The notes: a model not told the origin generated them from the sequence alone. A stretch of DNA of 64,000 bases from Candidatus Hydrogenedentota bacterium (GCA_034669905.1 JAXMOL010000022.1:45007-109006); one strand, 5' to 3'; shown: positions 47,312-57,705, counted from the stretch's first letter. Numbers and translations are program-made.

Positions 47312-49807
47312 CTAGGAGCGGACATCCGTCACGACGAGGATTCGGCTGGAACGCTCGGCAATATTCACCAGGTGATCCCCCACCCGCTCCAAGTGCGCCA
47401 GGGCGTCCAGGTAAATCACCCCGGTCTGGACTTCGCCACCGCCCGCGTCAAGACGTTTCACATGGTCATCCGTCAGACGCTTCATCAGGGTCTTGAGGCG
47501 CTCATGGATACGCACGGCCTCCTCCACACTCGCCGCGTCGCCCTGCTCCAGCATCTGATAGATGGTCTCAAACTCGGCGTTCAGGTTTTCCTGAAACTCC
47601 CGAATGCCGGCGCGATCTTCTTCCGAGAGCTTCAGGCTGTTTTCCTTCAACAGGCGGTGCAGCTCCACCTGGGCCTCCGCGTGGTCGCCCAGTCGCTCTG
47701 CGTCGTTCACGGCGTGAACCAGCGCGGGAATAAGGGCCGACTCGTCTGGATCCAGGTTCGTGCGCGAAAGCTCCACCAGATAGCCGGTAATTTCGTGCTG
47801 CAGCTTATCTATGACATCTTCGCGGGCCAGGATGGACTGGATAAGCCCCTCTTTGTCTTCGCAAAGCAAGTCGCACGATTCATTCATGGACTTCTGGCCT
47901 TTGTGCACCATAAACAGGACTTCTTTTACGGCCTGTTGAAGGGCGATCGCGGGCGCGGTCAATAACTTGGGCTCCAGATATTGCAAGACCGAGTCCCGTT
48001 CAGACTCGCGCACCGGAATGAGGAACATACAGACCCGTGCCATCACGCCCGTAAAGGCCACGAAGAGCAGCACGTTAAAGATATTGAAGACCGTGTGGGC
48101 GTTGGCCACGTGGCGCAACAGGTTTTCACTTTCTCCGTGGAACACGGCGCCGGGTGTGAGCCAGTCGATAAACCCGAGAAAGACCGGTTGACCGCCCCAT
48201 AAGGGAATAAAAAGCAGGATGTACATATAGGCGGCACCAAAAACATTGAACAGGGTGTGGGCCAGCGCCGTACGGCGGGCATTCCGGTTGGTGCCGATGG
48301 CCGCCAGGTTGGCAGTAATCGTGGTACCGATGTTGTCCCCCAGGATGAGGGGCACGGCCGTGTGGAATCCGATTAGCCCCTGGCTGGCCAGCGCGAGAAC
48401 CAACCCGACGGTGGCCGAACTGGATTGCACCACCACCGTGGTGATCGTGCCAATCAGAATACACATGAGCGCCTTCCCGGCGGGAATCATGCCACCATCT
48501 ACCGGCGTGCAATCGAAGAGCTGAAACCAGGCCTGGAATTCCGGGCTGTAACGAAGGGGTTTCAAAATGCCGCCCATGGTCTTCATTCCGAGGAAAAGCA
48601 ATCCGAAGCCCAGCAAGACCTGGCCAAAGAATTTCCAGTTCTGCTTTTTAAAGAACATCATGAAAAGCAGGCCAATGGCAATGGCCGGATAGGAGAGGGA
48701 GTCCAACTTGAAGGCGATAATCTGGGCCGTGACCGTCGTACCGATATTGGCGCCAAAAATCACTCCGATCGCCTGCTGAAGGGTCATCAACCCGGCGTTC
48801 ACGAACCCGACGGTCATCACCGTGGTCGCGCTGGAAGACTGTACCATGGCGGTCATGACGGTGCCCGCGAGCACGGCCATGGCCCGATTCCGCGTCATAA
48901 ACTGCAGGAAGCTCTTGAGGCGCCGGTCGGCCATGCGCTGCAGGCCCTCTGACATAAGCTTCATACCGAAGATAAAAATTGCCAACCCGCCAAACAACAC
49001 AATCGCCATCTGTCGGCTATCGGTTCCCATCGCCTCAAAGGTTATGCTGCGCACATTGAAGCGCTCATTCGGCCCCACGTTGGTCCGATTGTCGATGACT
49101 TCCACATCGGCAAAGTACCGTTGAATCTTGGTGCCCAGCGTCCAGGTCGTTTCCGCACGGCCTTCTTCGTCACTGAAGACACGCTCGGATTTCACCTTGG
49201 CGCCTTCACCGTTGCCCACGACCCGGAAACTTACTTCCACCCCTTCGGCGGGACGGCCATCGGGCTCGATGAGTTCCAGACCAAAAGACCCCACACTTCC
49301 GCCGGTATTACTTTCCAGTTGCTCGCCGATGCGCTTAATCCCCGCCACCGCGCGGAATTCCACCTGCCCGAGGTCCGGGTACTCTGGCAGAAAGGCCCGT
49401 ACGATTATGTCCCCCGGTAGTTGACCGACGCGGAGAAGGGCCCGTGCACTACCGGCGGAGTCGGTAACAACATCCACAACGGGCTTTCCGGATTCTTCAA
49501 ATTTTGCCCCATTACCGGGGTTTTCAATTTCGAAACGGACCGTCTTGCCGACCGCCACCCCGCGAGAACCTTTCCCGCCCAGGAGTCCTGGACGGACCGC
49601 GCCTTCCACAACGACGCGAAAGGGCTTGGGCAGGGTTTCACCATAGAGCGCCACCTGGTGGTTGCCGGGGGCATGTTTGTCCAGGCTGATTTTGTCCGGT
49701 TCAACCGGCTCGGAATTGCTACAGCCCGAACCCAACCATCCCCCCACGATGAGTAAGAGCATCATGCCAGCGATTCGCAAATAGGAATGTGAGGAGGAGG
49801 GAATCAT
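47312..49807 (-). CDS. Na/Pi cotransporter (NptA/YjbB) with an N-terminal lipoprotein and Ig-like extension and C-terminal PhoU domains
   Basis: Two QSSSAT repeats, GANIGTT and GDNIGTT, ERLGDH and ERVGDH; ~265-aa beta-rich N-terminal extension after GSGC. Confidence 0.9.
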   Translation of the reverse strand: MIPSSSHSYLRIAGMMLLLIVGGWLGSGCSNSEPVEPDKISLDKHAPGNHQVALYGETLPKPFRVVVEGAVRPGLLGGKGSRGVAVGKTVRFEIENPGNGAKFEESGKPVVDVVTDSAGSARALLRVGQLPGDIIVRAFLPEYPDLGQVEFRAVAGIKRIGEQLESNTGGSVGSFGLELIEPDGRPAEGVEVSFRVVGNGEGAKVKSERVFSDEEGRAETTWTLGTKIQRYFADVEVIDNRTNVGPNERFNVRSITFEAMGTDSRQMAIVLFGGLAIFIFGMKLMSEGLQRMADRRLKSFLQFMTRNRAMAVLAGTVMTAMVQSSSATTVMTVGFVNAGLMTLQQAIGVIFGANIGTTVTAQIIAFKLDSLSYPAIAIGLLFMMFFKKQNWKFFGQVLLGFGLLFLGMKTMGGILKPLRYSPEFQAWFQLFDCTPVDGGMIPAGKALMCILIGTITTVVVQSSSATVGLVLALASQGLIGFHTAVPLILGDNIGTTITANLAAIGTNRNARRTALAHTLFNVFGAAYMYILLFIPLWGGQPVFLGFIDWLTPGAVFHGESENLLRHVANAHTVFNIFNVLLFVAFTGVMARVCMFLIPVRESERDSVLQYLEPKLLTAPAIALQQAVKEVLFMVHKGQKSMNESCDLLCEDKEGLIQSILAREDVIDKLQHEITGYLVELSRTNLDPDESALIPALVHAVNDAERLGDHAEAQVELHRLLKENSLKLSEEDRAGIREFQENLNAEFETIYQMLEQGDAASVEEAVRIHERLKTLMKRLTDDHVKRLDAGGGEVQTGVIYLDALAHLERVGDHLVNIAERSSRILVVTDVRS

Positions 49808-49982
49808 TCAAAGTACCCAAAATACACGTTGGTTGAAGGCGAAATTGCCCTTAACTGTCTGAAAATAAGTCAGACCGATGAACGGAGGAGAAGTTGGCCC
49901 GTCTGGTTGGCACCGCGAAATGTTAGCATCTCATAAGCTCTGGCATCAATTTTTGTTAGGGACAGAACACAAAATAGTTTCC

Positions 49983-50012
49983 TTGCCTTTCGTGGGCAGC
50001 GCCCGTTAGAAT
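49983..50012 (+). promoter_or_regulatory. Sigma70 promoter for ltaE
   Basis: TTGCCT-N18-TAGAAT. Confidence 0.6.
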
Positions 50013-50068
50013 TTTCCCAACGATCAGTCTAATCCATTCAAAACAAAGCACTTATATAGAAGGCACCT

Positions 50069-51082
50069 ATGATTGACCTCCGAAGTGACACCCTGACTAC
50101 CCCGTCCGAGGAAATGCGCGCCGCCATGGCTTCTGCCGATGTGGGCGACGATGTTTTTGGCGAAGACCCCACGGTAAACCGGCTGGAAGCGGCGGCGGCA
50201 GCCCTATTGGGCCACGAAGAAGCCCTCTTCCTGCCCTCGGGAACGATGGCCAATCTCGTGGCCTTCGTGGCCCAGAGCCGCCCCGGCGACACGGTCATTC
50301 TCTGCGAAGATGCCCACCCCTACCGCTTTGAAGGGGGAAATTTCGCGCGATTTGGAGGACTGCTCCCCCGCCTCCTCCCGGGTGTCGACGGCAAGCTGTC
50401 GGCAGAAGCCATTGAAGAGGCCATCGTGCAAAAGGACGATCCCCACTTCTCTTTAACGAGTCTGGTAAGCATCGAGAACACGACAAACCTGGGCGGAGGC
50501 GCCTGTTACGCTCCGGAGGAGGTGGCCGCTATCGCAGCGCGCTGCCGGGAGTCCGGACTTCGCCTGCACTGTGATGGTGCGCGTATTTTCAACGCGGCGG
50601 TTGCCCAGGAAGTCGCCGTGGAGGCCCTTGCAGCCCCCTGTCACTCGGTGAGTTTCTGCCTCTCGAAAGGCCTTGGGGCGCCCGTGGGCTCGCTACTGGT
50701 AAGTGATGCCAAGACCATTCATGGGGCGCGGCGCATTCGCAAGCAACTCGGCGGCGGCATGCGTCAGGCAGGCGTCCTCGCTGCGGCGGGGCACCATGCA
50801 TTGGCCCATCACGTAAACGACCTGGCTGAAGACCACCGTCGGGCCCGCACCTTTCGCACCGAACTGGAGTCTCGAGGAATTCGATTCCTCCGCCCCTCTC
50901 CCACCAACATTCTCTTTATGTATGCGGAGGACGCGGAACACGCGGTTGCACGGCTGGCAGAGGCCGGCGTCCGCTGTCTCGCGACGGGTCCCCAGGCGAT
51001 CCGGGTCGTGTTCCACCGGGACATCTCCGACCGGGACCTGGAAAAGGCCATCACCGCCGTTGGCTCGGTACTGGCGCCCTGA
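50069..51082 (+). CDS. ltaE: Low-specificity L-threonine aldolase
   Basis: [38 protein letters not shown] and GGGMRQ. Confidence 0.95.
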   Translation: MIDLRSDTLTTPSEEMRAAMASADVGDDVFGEDPTVNRLEAAAAALLGHEEALFLPSGTMANLVAFVAQSRPGDTVILCEDAHPYRFEGGNFARFGGLLPRLLPGVDGKLSAEAIEEAIVQKDDPHFSLTSLVSIENTTNLGGGACYAPEEVAAIAARCRESGLRLHCDGARIFNAAVAQEVAVEALAAPCHSVSFCLSKGLGAPVGSLLVSDAKTIHGARRIRKQLGGGMRQAGVLAAAGHHALAHHVNDLAEDHRRARTFRTELESRGIRFLRPSPTNILFMYAEDAEHAVARLAEAGVRCLATGPQAIRVVFHRDISDRDLEKAITAVGSVLAP

Positions 51083-51086
51083 CCGT

Positions 51087-52670
51087 TTACTCGGCGACTT
51101 CCGCGGTAGCCGCCAGGTCGAGTCGCAGCGCCACGGAAAAGAGCCCATCGTCGTAGCTCAGCTGGGTTTGAAGTTCGGTAATTTGCTCCGACGCAGCCTG
51201 TGCCGCCTGCAACATGGATTCAAGCGTTCCTGCGGTATGGCCGGGGATCAACCCTTCAGACGCATAGAGCAACAGGCCGTCATGAAACGCCCCGATCAAT
51301 TCACTGGGACGAAGACGGAGGTAGAGATGGCCAGCCCCTTCTACCGGGGCCTCCGCCTGCTCGCCGGATGCCAGCAAGGCAACGTGGGCGGGATGAAGTG
51401 TTACATGGGCCCGTCCCCCCCGCTGGAACACGCTCGGTTCGACCCGGTCACCCCACCCGAGCGGGAAGCGCGTTACCGCAGAACCTTCGCGGGTGTAGGG
51501 CACACCATTCTGGGGAAAGAGATCGGGCGTAAGGGCTACGGGCACTTCGGAGAGCACCTGCTGCCCCACGTCGGTGGGTTGAACAGCGAGGTTGAGCAGG
51601 GGCAAGGGCAACATGCCATCGAGATCAAAGCCCTCCGCACGCAGGCTGAAGCCGGTGCCGAGGTTCCCAGCCACTTCGGCCAACACCGGGTCTAGGACGC
51701 TACGCTCGGTGGGGGAAAGCTGGTCCAACAAACCCCACCCTGCAGCGGATTCCGACATGACGCCCCCTGCCAGTCCGTCCACCGTTTGCCACACCTGGGC
51801 CAGGGGTACGCCAAACTCACCGGCAAGGAGGAATCCCCCCGCCTGAGGCACCTGGATCGAGGCCGCCGGACTTCCCAGACGCAACGAATCAAGAGGACCG
51901 CGCCAGGCGGCTTTCAGGAGACTCTCACTGCGAAACACGATGGATTCCGCGGTGACGTCAAGACGACAATCGAGGCGTTCCACGTAGTGCCCCACGCCGT
52001 CCTCCTGCGAGAAAACGATACGGCCGCGCATATCTTCGGAGCCGTCCATTCCGGCCGTCTCCAGCGAGGCCAGGGCGTCCTCTTCACGAAGGGTGAGTGC
52101 CCGCACGATAGCATCGCGGGAAGGACTGAAGATAAGGGTACGCCCGCGAACGGCGTAATAAAAATCTACCCCCTTCAGCTTTCTGAGCTCCAGGCCCCCG
52201 GCGAACTCATCTTCGATCTCGTCAATAAAGCGGTGATAGCGCTCCAGCAGGCAGCCCACCCGACTCATGCGGGTCACCACCAGAAGATCCGAAAACCCGC
52301 TCAAATCGGTGCCCGACACATAGCAGGCGTCCGAAACCAGGTTGTTTAACACCCAATCCGGATACCCGAAACTGGTACCAATCCAATTGGGAACCGCTTC
52401 GTATTGCGCCGGAACGAGGCCCGTATCCCAGATAGGAGACTGGGCCACTTCCTGACGGGTGGTCAGCAGATCGGGCACCTGAAAATGGAAACTCTGATTC
52501 TGGGGAATCACCCGTTCCACGGGACAGTTGTCTCGCGTTGTCCAGATTAACCACAGGAAACCCAGCACCATCGCCAGGAACACAACCGAGCGAATAAAGC
52601 CTCTCGGACGGGAAGGTCCGTCATAACTTGCACCGCGGGGGGGCCGATAACTCCGGATCGCCTCACTCAT
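51087..52670 (-). CDS. Hypothetical membrane-anchored protein
   Basis: 527-aa ORF with one N-terminal TM; overlaps the stop of the upstream gene. Confidence 0.8.
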   Translation of the reverse strand: MSEAIRSYRPPRGASYDGPSRPRGFIRSVVFLAMVLGFLWLIWTTRDNCPVERVIPQNQSFHFQVPDLLTTRQEVAQSPIWDTGLVPAQYEAVPNWIGTSFGYPDWVLNNLVSDACYVSGTDLSGFSDLLVVTRMSRVGCLLERYHRFIDEIEDEFAGGLELRKLKGVDFYYAVRGRTLIFSPSRDAIVRALTLREEDALASLETAGMDGSEDMRGRIVFSQEDGVGHYVERLDCRLDVTAESIVFRSESLLKAAWRGPLDSLRLGSPAASIQVPQAGGFLLAGEFGVPLAQVWQTVDGLAGGVMSESAAGWGLLDQLSPTERSVLDPVLAEVAGNLGTGFSLRAEGFDLDGMLPLPLLNLAVQPTDVGQQVLSEVPVALTPDLFPQNGVPYTREGSAVTRFPLGWGDRVEPSVFQRGGRAHVTLHPAHVALLASGEQAEAPVEGAGHLYLRLRPSELIGAFHDGLLLYASEGLIPGHTAGTLESMLQAAQAASEQITELQTQLSYDDGLFSVALRLDLAATAEVAE

Positions 52671-55020
52671 TGGAACTGCCTCGTTTCACCGTATATGTTT
52701 CATAGGAGCCCGCCTGATGGCCTTCGTCGGCCAGCGATGCCTGGAGCAGTTGTCGCCCCGGGACCATGACGACGCTGTAGCGGGTGTCGTTATTCCAGAC
52801 GTGATAGCGCCCTGTATCTTCCGGGTCCCCGGTCACGAGACTCTGTGCCAGTTCATCGGTTCCCACAATACGCTCTCCCCCGAGGAGGTCCGTCACAAAA
52901 TGATAGCGCTCCCGGGTCGCATCGTTCGCGCCTTCCCGGGTCGCGTCGACCCCCAACAGGACGCCCTCCGATTCCGTGCGCACGGACAGCGTACTGCCAA
53001 GTGCGATGACCGCCGTTTTCCAGCCGTCTGCCATGGCACCCGAAAGCAACACCCGACCACTCCGCGTGCCGGTGCGCTCCCGCAGCAGCGCGAGTGCCGC
53101 GTCAAAATCCCGGGTCCGCTGGAGGATTTCCGAAAGCACCAGGGATACAGGAAGCCCGGCCGCTGCCCCGTCCTCGGGGATTCCCAGTTCCAGCAGGGCA
53201 ACCGTGACCCCGGCCTCGTTCATGCCGACGTGGGTGCCCAGGTGCCAACCAAAGCCGATCTCGACATAGCCGAGGCCGTCTGCGGGAAGCACGGTGCTCA
53301 CCACGGGCTGTTCTTCCGTGGGCCAATCCAGGTTCACGCCAATAACCGTACCGTCGGCACCCGCGCGGTCACCGAGCACGGCGACCATGGTACCCAAGGG
53401 CGCCTGAAACCATTTCGCTTCTTCACCTTGACGGCGCAGTACATGGGCATTCTGTGTCAACCAGACGGCGTCAAAGGGCATGGAAGCACCGGAGGCCATG
53501 CCTTCCAATGCGGCCAGGGTGTCGGCCTGCGCGTCTCGCAGCCAGGGCCGAATCCCACTGGCCAACGCGGGCAATGCGATAGGCGTTGCATCGAGGAAGG
53601 CGGGCCAGTGTGACCACAATGGTGCGTCGGGGCGCAACTCATCTGAGCGGATAGCCGCCAGGACGGCCTGTGTGTACCGGGCGTTGAGCGCCGCGCCAAA
53701 TTGCTGGCCCTGTTGCATCCCCCGCTCCCGGCCCGTGCCACGCAAGGTGATGGCATATTCCGAATCGGAAGTGGCCAACTCCGTGACCGGCTGGACCACG
53801 GGTGCCCGTTCACCACGGAGCAAGGCGGCCACATTCTCTTCGAGCCAGGTGGTCATCTGGGGACCATAGTGGTGCCGTTGGGCCTCCGGCCTCCCCTGAA
53901 AGAATTCGTCCCGCGAGACCATGTTCATAATATCGTCGTTAGAGGCGGCCACCACAAAGGCCATCTCCAGGCCTTGCCGCTTTACCTCATTCTGCAGCGC
54001 CCGTCCAACGTCTACACTGGGAATACCCGGTACAAAGAGGAGTACCAGCTCATCCAGTTTGAGGGCCTGTAAGACCGTTTCCTCGGGCACAAAGGCCCCG
54101 GCAACCGTTTCGGGCAAGGTCAGTTCCGCGTAATACGTATTGACCTTCGCATCCCGAAAGGTCATTCGATTGGCCACCTCTTTGGTCCGCACGGCAAGCA
54201 GTCGTCCGACCGACTCGATGGCCGCCCAGCCGCTGGTACCTTCCGGATTGATTGAAGTCTGTCCCCCCACCGCACCGGGCAAAAACATGGCCACACACCC
54301 CGGGTCGGAAAGGGCCTCCAGTTGGGCGTAGTACGCTCCCGGATAATCGGCGGAAAAGTAAAACCGGTGCGAATCCGGTACCAGCCGCGGCATGGCAGAG
54401 AAGTTGGTCAGGATGGCCAGGGCCTGCCCGTCGGCGTTGTCTACCCGAACCACGCCAATCTGGTCGTCAATGGGGCCATCAGGGTCGTTCGCATTCACAG
54501 ACAGGACCTGTTGACGGGCCGTGCCGAACCCCAAGGTGGCGCGCTGGGCAACTTCCTGGGCACCGCGCATACTATCCACCACCGCCATGGCGAGGCTTTC
54601 CAACAAATCCGGCTGATAGCGGCCATTGGCCCAACGCCGGGCCAACCCCTCTTCCAGGCCACCCGGTCCGTTTCCCGTGTGGGTTGCGGTGAGGAAGACC
54701 TTGTCCCCCGACGTCATCGACTCGGAGAGATCCTGTACCCGGGCCCGCAGCGCACGGGGAATGTGATGGAGATCCAGCGTAACCACATACACCTGGTTTT
54801 CACCGTCATTCAGGAAGAGGGCACGGCTCCACAGGGGATCATGTTCTCCCAGCGCGGCCACGCCTTGTCTATCCGCATCGCCACCGAGGGGCGTGCCAGC
54901 GGGCATGGTCAGGCGCACCTTGGCGGCCCCTGCCTCCAGCCCGTGGGCGGTGGCTCCTGCCATCAACAGTAAAAGCGCGAGGGCAACTCGCCCCAGATGT
55001 ATCAATCGTTGGTACTTCAT
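52663..55020 (-). CDS. Secreted fusion of a neutral-ceramidase-like domain and an Ntn-hydrolase (C45/acid-ceramidase-like) domain, both degenerate
   Basis: HDPLWSRAL, ATHTGNGP and SADYPG; then LRGTGRERGMQQG, LEGMASG, GVNLDW and GMNEAGV; start ATG 55020. Confidence 0.8.
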   Translation of the reverse strand: MKYQRLIHLGRVALALLLLMAGATAHGLEAGAAKVRLTMPAGTPLGGDADRQGVAALGEHDPLWSRALFLNDGENQVYVVTLDLHHIPRALRARVQDLSESMTSGDKVFLTATHTGNGPGGLEEGLARRWANGRYQPDLLESLAMAVVDSMRGAQEVAQRATLGFGTARQQVLSVNANDPDGPIDDQIGVVRVDNADGQALAILTNFSAMPRLVPDSHRFYFSADYPGAYYAQLEALSDPGCVAMFLPGAVGGQTSINPEGTSGWAAIESVGRLLAVRTKEVANRMTFRDAKVNTYYAELTLPETVAGAFVPEETVLQALKLDELVLLFVPGIPSVDVGRALQNEVKRQGLEMAFVVAASNDDIMNMVSRDEFFQGRPEAQRHHYGPQMTTWLEENVAALLRGERAPVVQPVTELATSDSEYAITLRGTGRERGMQQGQQFGAALNARYTQAVLAAIRSDELRPDAPLWSHWPAFLDATPIALPALASGIRPWLRDAQADTLAALEGMASGASMPFDAVWLTQNAHVLRRQGEEAKWFQAPLGTMVAVLGDRAGADGTVIGVNLDWPTEEQPVVSTVLPADGLGYVEIGFGWHLGTHVGMNEAGVTVALLELGIPEDGAAAGLPVSLVLSEILQRTRDFDAALALLRERTGTRSGRVLLSGAMADGWKTAVIALGSTLSVRTESEGVLLGVDATREGANDATRERYHFVTDLLGGERIVGTDELAQSLVTGDPEDTGRYHVWNNDTRYSVVMVPGRQLLQASLADEGHQAGSYETYTVKRGSSNE

Positions 55021-55190
55021 AGTCGTTCCTGTTGGCCTTGGAAAGTTCCGCAGTCTAACACGTTCTGACCGAGTGTATAAATGTGCCCGGTGCCCGAAAG
55101 GTTTCGCCTCCTGCCCCCGCAATGGTATGATCGGTGCTCAGAACACCCCGCAACGCACTATCCCATTTCAAGAAGGAGACGCATTGACCC

Positions 55191-55742
55191 ATGCCCAAGG
55201 TACTGGTACCCCTGGCCCCCGGATGCGAAGAACTTGAAGCGGTTACGATCATCGATTTGCTGCGACGCGCCAATATCGAAGTGGTTACCGCGGGATTGGA
55301 CGCCGATCCCGTCGTCGCAAGCCGGAGACTCGTCATCCTTCCCGATACGACGCTGGAGGATGCGGTCCGCATTGATGATCTGGATATGATTGCCCTCCCC
55401 GGCGGCTTACCGGGCGCCGATAATCTGGCAGACTGCCCGCTGCTTGTCGACACGATCCAGCACTTTGCGGCGACGGGGCGCTTTGTTGCCGCGATTTGCG
55501 CCGCCCCCCGCGTGTTGGCGAAGGCCGGTCTCCTGGAGGGCAAACGGGTTACCGCCTATCCGGGTTTCATCAATGGCGAGGACTTTCCTGCCATACAGTA
55601 TACCGGTAGCGCCCTGGAAATCGACGGCAAAATAATCACATCCCGGGGTCCGGGTACGGCCATGGATTTTGCCCTCGCGCTGATTGAGGCCCTGACCGAC
55701 AGGAAAACCCGCGATACGGTTGAGGCCGGCCTGGTTCGTTAA
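55191..55742 (+). CDS. DJ-1/PfpI (YajL/ThiJ-like) protein
   Basis: EELEAVT, LPGG, AAICAAP and TSRGPGTA. Confidence 0.95.
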   Translation: MPKVLVPLAPGCEELEAVTIIDLLRRANIEVVTAGLDADPVVASRRLVILPDTTLEDAVRIDDLDMIALPGGLPGADNLADCPLLVDTIQHFAATGRFVAAICAAPRVLAKAGLLEGKRVTAYPGFINGEDFPAIQYTGSALEIDGKIITSRGPGTAMDFALALIEALTDRKTRDTVEAGLVR

Positions 55743-55917
55743 ATCGAATCGGCCTTCGAGGCCCTGCGAAGCCCAACGTTGCATCTTTGCGGTAAAGCTG
55801 ATAGGTTTGAGGAGTACCCCCCAATAACAGATTTCCCGTATACGTTAGGAAAATGTCCTTCGAGACGGTACGTTCACACAGGGCCGTCTCCCGGCAATTC
55901 CTTCAGGAGATGGTGAC

Positions 55918-56196
55918 GTGCCCGATGACTTTCGAGAATACATTGAGCCAGTTGGCGCCTCTTCCCCGCTGGACCGGGTCCATCGGGGGGCCTCGGATCC
56001 CCCACCCCCGCCAACTCGGGTGGCCATCCGGGGCAAGGTACAGGGAATTCGACGGGGCCAGTCCCACAAAGAGGGACAACATCGTCTGGATGTATCGGTC
56101 GGGGGGGACGAAGCGACAGAGCTCATCATCCGCGTCCCCAATGGGGCTTACTCAGGCCTCGAGGGGAAACAGGTTGTACTATATGTGGAAGACTAA
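55918..56196 (+). CDS. Small hypothetical protein
   Basis: AGGAGA RBS with GTG start; beta-rich C-terminal half. Confidence 0.65.
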   Translation: MPDDFREYIEPVGASSPLDRVHRGASDPPPPPTRVAIRGKVQGIRRGQSHKEGQHRLDVSVGGDEATELIIRVPNGAYSGLEGKQVVLYVED

Positions 56197-56253
56197 CTGA
56201 TTTCCACCTGAACATTGCCACGTAAATCTCACAAGAACCACAAGGAATTAACT

Positions 56254-57105
56254 ATGTTTTTCTCCGGTATTAGTGACGAAGCCGGTCAGCCCATCGCCAC
56301 CCAGATCAAGGCCCACAAGGAATTGGGTTGGAAGCACCTGGAATTGCGCATGGTGGACGGAAACAATATTACCCAGCTCAGCGACGCCGATTTTGACGCC
56401 GTCGTGGCCGCCGTCCAGGAAGCCGAAATGGAAGTTTCCTGTTTCGGCAGCGCCATCGCCAACTGGGCACGTCCCATTACCTGTGACGCCCAAATCGACA
56501 TTGATGATCTGAAGCAGGCGATTCCCCGGATGAAACGGCTGGGCACCCAGTTCATTCGCGTCATGAGCTACCCCAACGACCCCGAAAACCCCATTGACGA
56601 GCCGACCTGGCGCAAAGAAGCCATCGCCCGCATGAAGACCCTGGCCAAAATCGCGGAAGACGGCGGTATTACCCTCGCCCATGAAAACTGCAGCGGTTGG
56701 GGCGGATTGTCGGCGGACAACAGCAACATCCTGCTGGAAGAAGTCAACAGCCCGGCGCTCAAAGTGGTCTATGACACGGGGAACCCCGTGAGCTACAAGC
56801 AGGACGCGTGGGAATACTACCAGAAGGTCTATGACCACATTGCCTATGTCCACATCAAGGACGCCAATCTCGTTGACGGCGAGGCGGTCTATTGCTACTG
56901 TGGCGAAGGTCAGGGTTTCGTGAAGGAAACGATTGCCGACCTGCTTTCCAAAGGCTATGCCGGAGGCTTCTCCATCGAACCGCACCTGGCTGCCATCATC
57001 CACACGGGTGAAACCACCAACAATGCCGACGAACTCTACAATTCCTACACGGAATATGGCCGTCGCCTGATGGCCATCGTAGACGAGGTCAAAGCCGCAA
57101 AGTAA
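56254..57105 (+). CDS. Sugar phosphate isomerase/epimerase (AP endonuclease 2 TIM barrel)
   Basis: SGISDEA, HENC, YDTGN, VHIKDA and SIEPH; AAGGA RBS. Confidence 0.9.
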   Translation: MFFSGISDEAGQPIATQIKAHKELGWKHLELRMVDGNNITQLSDADFDAVVAAVQEAEMEVSCFGSAIANWARPITCDAQIDIDDLKQAIPRMKRLGTQFIRVMSYPNDPENPIDEPTWRKEAIARMKTLAKIAEDGGITLAHENCSGWGGLSADNSNILLEEVNSPALKVVYDTGNPVSYKQDAWEYYQKVYDHIAYVHIKDANLVDGEAVYCYCGEGQGFVKETIADLLSKGYAGGFSIEPHLAAIIHTGETTNNADELYNSYTEYGRRLMAIVDEVKAAK

Positions 57106-57128
57106 CGCGGTCCAGACGCTGCCTTCAT

Positions 57129-57161
57129 GGCCGGGTAGGTATCCACCTATCCGGCCTTTTT
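57129..57161 (+). terminator. Intrinsic terminator
   Basis: GGCCGGGTAGGT-atcc-ACCTATCCGGCC followed by TTTTT. Confidence 0.8.
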
Positions 57162-57183
57162 CTGCTTCCGAAGGCAGCAGCCC

Positions 57184-57630
57184 CTATCCCAGGGTATTGA
57201 ATCCGTCTTCTTGCGGGGTGATGGCGCCCGGTTGTGCATCGGCCCGAACCGCGTCGTAGGCACGAAGTATGTCCTGGGCAAGCACACTCTGGCGCGCTTT
57301 CTCGGGTAGCAAGGGCAACCCGCGGGCCTGAACAACCGTTTCCAGATCAACAATCTCGGCACCGACGGGTTCCGCCGAAATGGGATCGCTTTCCTTCGAG
57401 CCGGACCGGTTTCGGCTGGCACCGCCATCGCCATAGACGACGTCATCGTCCGATGGCAACTCGACGTGCTGATAGGTATCTCTCAAGACGGCGGTGACCC
57501 GTTCAACGTCCTGAGGACTCGCGGCGGAGGCGTGTCTTGCCTCCTTGGCGGATGCGGCAGTCGTTGGCGTGTCTACGGGACGACGCGAACCGACGGGAAC
57601 CGCGTTGGGGTGGAATCCTTCCACGTTCAT
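57184..57630 (-). CDS. Hypothetical protein, probably sigma28-dependent
   Basis: GGAGGG RBS 7 nt before ATG 57630; FliA-type promoter upstream. Confidence 0.65.
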   Translation of the reverse strand: MNVEGFHPNAVPVGSRRPVDTPTTAASAKEARHASAASPQDVERVTAVLRDTYQHVELPSDDDVVYGDGGASRNRSGSKESDPISAEPVGAEIVDLETVVQARGLPLLPEKARQSVLAQDILRAYDAVRADAQPGAITPQEDGFNTLG

Positions 57631-57677
57631 AACCAAACCCTCCATTGTTTGGCCTCTAACCTGATACTCCAACTCGT

Positions 57678-57705
57678 TCATCGGCACGCCGTGCTGAATA
57701 CTTTA
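57678..57705 (-). promoter_or_regulatory. Sigma28 (FliA/SigD)-type promoter
   Basis: Minus strand TAAA-N16-GCCGATGA (TAAAGTAT...GCCGATGA). Confidence 0.7.
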
